DNA from: Candidatus Hydrogenedens sp.
Lineage (GTDB): Bacteria > Hydrogenedentota > Hydrogenedentia > Hydrogenedentales > Hydrogenedentaceae
Assembly (NCBI GenBank): GCA_049968235.1
Contig: JBMFRC010000002.1
Span: 1 to 64,000, forward strand
DNA: 64,000 bases
Direction of reading: 5' to 3'
Below, one piece after another: positions 60,145 to 64,000 of the stretch (the first letter of the stretch is position 1; each line of letters begins with the position of its first letter). Both the position numbers and the translations under genes were made by a program. Below the pieces are notes generated by a model, which had not been told where the DNA came from, did not search any database, and was given only the letters and a program-made list of their open reading frames with translations.

Positions 60145-61041
60145 GTGGTAAAAACCAATCAAAGTTTTAATGATAATTCTCCTTTATCTCCAGAAGAAAA
60201 TTACACTCCCCGTATCAAGAAAAATAACTTATTTAAGAATATTGTGCAAGCCATAACAGGACCCTGGACAAAGCGGAATCTTATAGAATGGATTGTTATT
60301 ATCGGAAGTATACTTTTTATAAAAGGCTGTCTTATCGACCAATACATCATCCCCAGTGGTTCTATGGAACCTACATTACACGGTGGAAATTTATTCACAG
60401 GAGACCGTGTCCTTGTAAATAAATTTATTTACGGTTTGCGAATACCCTTTACAACCATCCGTATCCTCACATGGAGCAAGCCCAAACGATGGGATATCGT
60501 TGTTTTTAAGTGTGTCAGTAAAGAATCCGAACATTCAACATTAATCAAACGGGTTGTTGGATTACCCGGAGAAAAAATACGCATTCGGAATGGGAGAATC
60601 TTAGTAAATGGAGAGGTAATTCCTTTTCCTCCTTCAATGCCTCCAAATATTTATTATTTGAATGATGAAGATTTATTGTATCAATACAGAACCAATCCTG
60701 ACCCAAGAGCCAAAAAGATTATTGAAGAAATGTGGAAGAAATATCCTTATCGATATGGATGTCTGGATGAGGAATCCTTTTCAGTAATTCCAGAAGGGCA
60801 TTATTTCTTTCTTGGAGATAATAGTATCAATAGTGTAGATAGTCGAATTTATGGCTGGGTCCCTGAAAATCATATTATAGGTAGGGCATTTGCTATCTGG
60901 TGGCCCCCCAATCGCTGGAGAGATTTCACAGGCTTTTCTTCAACACTGTGGGGGAAAATACTTCTTTATATAATCCCTACTCTTCTAACTTTTTTTCTGA
61001 TTGTATACATATTTACAAACAAAAAGCGTTCAATTACTTAA
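60145..61041 (+). CDS. lepB: Signal peptidase I
   Basis: SGSMEPTL Ser box, KRVVGLPGE Lys box, GDNSINSVDSR and WWPPNRW. N- and C-terminal TM helices. GTG start. Confidence 0.75.
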   Translation: MVKTNQSFNDNSPLSPEENYTPRIKKNNLFKNIVQAITGPWTKRNLIEWIVIIGSILFIKGCLIDQYIIPSGSMEPTLHGGNLFTGDRVLVNKFIYGLRIPFTTIRILTWSKPKRWDIVVFKCVSKESEHSTLIKRVVGLPGEKIRIRNGRILVNGEVIPFPPSMPPNIYYLNDEDLLYQYRTNPDPRAKKIIEEMWKKYPYRYGCLDEESFSVIPEGHYFFLGDNSINSVDSRIYGWVPENHIIGRAFAIWWPPNRWRDFTGFSSTLWGKILLYIIPTLLTFFLIVYIFTNKKRSIT

Positions 61042-61077
61042 ATTAGCAATTTGATAGGAAATAAAGGAACAATTAAA

Positions 61078-62490
61078 ATGGCAAAACAACAAAACAAACA
61101 GGATAAAGGAACCCTAAGTGTGATAAGTCAGATTGTCCGTTTCACAGGTATTATTACTATCCTTATAGGTATTTATGTTATCTATCGCAGTAATCAAACC
61201 CAACCCGAGCCATCAGAACCTTTATGGTGGTTTGGATTAGGTGTATTTGTTGTGGGTTTACATCTGTTCTTTTTCAGTAATATGCCGAAACAACAAATAT
61301 ATGAATGGCTTAAAAGTGAAAGCATTGCACTCGGATTAGCTTTACTAATTCGCTGGCCTATTGCAGAGCCATATAGAATCCCATCCAGTTCAATGGAACC
61401 TACATTACATGGCGATTTCCGCTTTGGTAAAGGCGACCGTGTATTTGTAAACAAGTGGGTATATGGTGTGCGTTTTCCTTTTTTTAATAAAAGGATATGG
61501 TATGGAAAAAAACCGCAACGTTGGGAAATTGTTGTATTCAAAACGGTAGAGAATGATGCAAAACATAAAACTTTAGTAAAAAGAGTTGTAGGACTACCGG
61601 GTGAGCGTGTTCATATTAAAGATGGGAAGATATTTATTAATGGGAAACCTTTAGAATTACCCCCAGATATGCCAGATATTTATTATACATCCGGACCGGT
61701 GGGGATTGGAGGGATGGAATATGGGATACGAACTGAAGATAAGTATTCACTAATACCCGAAAATTGTTATTTTGTATTAGGAGATAACAGTGCATATAGC
61801 AGGGATGGTCGTTTTTTTGGTTGGGTTCCTAATGAACATATCGTTGGTAGAGTAAGTTGTATCTGGTGGCCTCCGTCTCGATGGAGAGATTTCACAGGAT
61901 TTAGCAAAACATGGTGGTGGAAAACACTTTGCTTACTTACTTCCATTTTTGTAATTGTCCGGTTGCTTTTTGCAAGGTCTGTTGTATGGTATACATGGAA
62001 TACAGACAAGTTATATCATTATATAGTAAACCAATTATCTTACGGTTTGAGATTACCTTTTACGAAGATATGGCTTCACACATGGAAAAAACCTGAGAGA
62101 GGGGATATTGTCGCATATATAACACCCGCGGGGGTTAAAAATATCTCTTCTGAACTTGTCCTTTGTGGAATGGTTGTTGGTATTGAAGGGGATAAAATTT
62201 CAATTCAAAATAACACGCTTTTAATTAATGGCAAAGAATTAACTGATACCCCATTTCCATTGAATAACATAGAATCCTCTTTCTCAAATCAAGAAGCACC
62301 CTATGGATTATTAAAGGACAAAGAGCATAGTATTGTACCTGCGGGTAATGTATTTATTATCTGGAATTTTCCGAAAAAGGATATGGAAATTGCTATCGAT
62401 AGTAGAATAACAGGTTGGATACCTGAAAGTAACATTCTCGGTAAACTTATTTTTATCTGGTGGCCTCCCACACATTGGAAGAAACTTTAA
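61078..62490 (+). CDS. Signal peptidase I fused to a second, degenerate S26-like domain
   Basis: The first half has SSSMEPTL, KRVVGLPGE, GDNSAYSRDGR and WWPPSRW, then a TM helix. The second half repeats the fold (LRLPF...WKKPERGDIV...IDSRITGWIPE...IWWPPTHW) but lacks the SMEPT Ser box and GDN. ATG 61078 has AAAGGA upstream. Confidence 0.6.
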   Translation: MAKQQNKQDKGTLSVISQIVRFTGIITILIGIYVIYRSNQTQPEPSEPLWWFGLGVFVVGLHLFFFSNMPKQQIYEWLKSESIALGLALLIRWPIAEPYRIPSSSMEPTLHGDFRFGKGDRVFVNKWVYGVRFPFFNKRIWYGKKPQRWEIVVFKTVENDAKHKTLVKRVVGLPGERVHIKDGKIFINGKPLELPPDMPDIYYTSGPVGIGGMEYGIRTEDKYSLIPENCYFVLGDNSAYSRDGRFFGWVPNEHIVGRVSCIWWPPSRWRDFTGFSKTWWWKTLCLLTSIFVIVRLLFARSVVWYTWNTDKLYHYIVNQLSYGLRLPFTKIWLHTWKKPERGDIVAYITPAGVKNISSELVLCGMVVGIEGDKISIQNNTLLINGKELTDTPFPLNNIESSFSNQEAPYGLLKDKEHSIVPAGNVFIIWNFPKKDMEIAIDSRITGWIPESNILGKLIFIWWPPTHWKKL

Positions 62491-63999
62491 TTACCAATTG
62501 ATTTTATAAATCTCTCCGTATTTATGCTTTAAATAGGTTATGTATGGTTGATGAGAAATATCAGAGCCCGTAATATTTTTAACGATATCCCTCGCACATA
62601 GTCTTCTACCCACTTTATATACATGCTCTTTTAACCAATCACGAATAGGAATAAAATCCCCTTGTTTAATTAACTTCGATATATCTAATTCACTTTTCAT
62701 TTTATCTGTAATTTGTGCGGAAAATAAATTTCCGAGTGCGTAACTTGGGAAATAACCGAAACTACCATGTGACCAGTGAATATCCTGTAAACAGCCCTGA
62801 GCATCATTAGAAGGATAATAACCCAATAAGGATTTGAACCGCTCGTTCCAACATTCAGGAATATCCGATATAGATAATTTTCCCTCTATTAAATCCTTTT
62901 CAATCTTATATCGAAGAACAATATGCAAATTATAGGAACATTCATCTGCCTCAACACGAATACAATTTGGAGAAACACGATTCACTTCCTTATATATAAT
63001 TTCCGGAGTTATATCTTTCAATTCTGAAGGAAAATACTTCTTTAATATAGGAAGAAGAAACATGGAAAAAGGATAACTCCGCCCGATAATATTCTCCCAG
63101 AATCTTGACTGAGACTCATGAATACCTAAGGAAGGTGCTTGTGCCAGCCATGTCCCACGGTCCTCTTTATAAAAACCCTGTTCATAGAGAGCATGCCCTC
63201 CTTCGTGAAGGGAACTAAAAATCCCGGAGAATAAATGCTCCTCATTTAACCTTGTCGTAATTCGAACATCATATACATCAAAGTTGGTCGTAAATGGATG
63301 GACAGAACGGTCCTGTCTTCCTGAATTAAAATCAAAGCCTATCGCAGTCAATAAATGAATCGTTATTTCCCATTGTTTTTCAGTATCCCAATTTTTCCCT
63401 TCAAAAACGGACTTTCCCACATCTTGTTGAAGGATTGTCTGGTATATGTGCGATTGCTCCGATTCTAATTTATGAAAAATTGTATCTAATAGTTTTGTAT
63501 CTATACCTCGTTCAAAATCTTCTAACAAAGCATCATAGGGTGAATCTATATATCCCAATAACTCTGCTCTTTCCCTGCACAGATTTATAATCGCTTCTAA
63601 AGATGATTGGAATAAAGAGAAAACCGATTTGTTTCTCGCTTCTACCCATGCATGGTAGGCTCTACTTCGTGCCTGTGCAAATTTACCTACCCATTGTTCT
63701 GGAATTTTTACAGAACGCTGATAATCATACATTGCTTCCCTGACCATCACTTGCTCATCAATGTCTAAATTATCCTGATTTTCTGTAAAATATGCCAAAT
63801 CATCACCTAATAAAGGATTCGTTTCTAATTTGTGTATCATCTCTGCTATTAATTTTAGTTGTTGCCCCCTACTTTCTGCTCCTCCTTGTGGCATATTTAC
63901 TTCTTCATCCCATTGTAATAAAGCGAAAACAGCACGAAGATTTATGATTTCTGATAATCGCTGTTTTAATTCTAAAAATCGTTCTTCCTGATTTTTCAT
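62491..63999 (-). CDS. M32 carboxypeptidase (Taq-like)
   Basis: HEGGHALYEQG (HExxH) and HESQSRFWEN are blocks typical of M32. Confidence 0.75.
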   Translation of the reverse strand: MKNQEERFLELKQRLSEIINLRAVFALLQWDEEVNMPQGGAESRGQQLKLIAEMIHKLETNPLLGDDLAYFTENQDNLDIDEQVMVREAMYDYQRSVKIPEQWVGKFAQARSRAYHAWVEARNKSVFSLFQSSLEAIINLCRERAELLGYIDSPYDALLEDFERGIDTKLLDTIFHKLESEQSHIYQTILQQDVGKSVFEGKNWDTEKQWEITIHLLTAIGFDFNSGRQDRSVHPFTTNFDVYDVRITTRLNEEHLFSGIFSSLHEGGHALYEQGFYKEDRGTWLAQAPSLGIHESQSRFWENIIGRSYPFSMFLLPILKKYFPSELKDITPEIIYKEVNRVSPNCIRVEADECSYNLHIVLRYKIEKDLIEGKLSISDIPECWNERFKSLLGYYPSNDAQGCLQDIHWSHGSFGYFPSYALGNLFSAQITDKMKSELDISKLIKQGDFIPIRDWLKEHVYKVGRRLCARDIVKNITGSDISHQPYITYLKHKYGEIYKINW

Positions 64000-64000
64000 A

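Noticed and set aside
1-64000. CRISPR arrays, rRNA or tRNA genes, and mobile elements
   Set aside because: I scanned the intergenic regions. Apart from the two 14-bp doublets I found no arrays of regularly spaced repeats. There are no GC-rich cloverleaf-like segments in the AT-rich gaps. I saw no transposase, integrase or recombinase motifs and no terminal inverted repeats.

Overview
This 64 kb window is gene-dense (about 52 protein-coding genes, both strands), AT-rich chromosomal DNA. I found no rRNA, tRNA, CRISPR array, transposase or integrase. A prepilin-like DUF1559 (H-X9-DG) protein and GT39/TPR and multi-PAS hybrid kinases suggest a PVC-superphylum-like or candidate-phylum bacterium; this is inference, not proof. 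The window contains several recognisable groups of genes. Housekeeping: ruvA-ruvB, lepA followed by tandem signal peptidase I genes, tilS-hpt, gnd, a PFK-family phosphofructokinase, pdxB, pcm, and an M32 carboxypeptidase. Transport: cstA, a TroA/ZnuA-like metal ABC transporter (binding protein, ATPase, permease), a ZIP transporter, and a CorA-like channel. Envelope: an LptD-like outer-membrane protein, a GT4 glycosyltransferase, an alkaline-phosphatase-family phosphodiesterase, and a GT39/ArnT-like membrane protein fused to TPR repeats. Signalling: three paralogous soluble multi-PAS hybrid histidine kinases and one Ser/Thr kinase. There are also several clusters of uncharacterised lipoprotein and membrane proteins. 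The most notable observations are (1) a secreted PHP-domain phosphoesterase gene split by a single-nucleotide frameshift, (2) a bacterial dynamin-like GTPase with a predicted transmembrane paddle next to the GT39-TPR protein, (3) three signal peptidase I units in tandem, the last one a catalytically degenerate duplicate fused to an active one, (4) two AT-rich perfect direct repeats in the promoter regions of cstA and of one hybrid kinase, and (5) a 566-bp non-coding divergent region upstream of the first hybrid kinase. Several genes appear to start on GTG or TTG; the ORF track prints non-ATG starts as M. All functional calls come from motif recognition by eye, and no database search was run.
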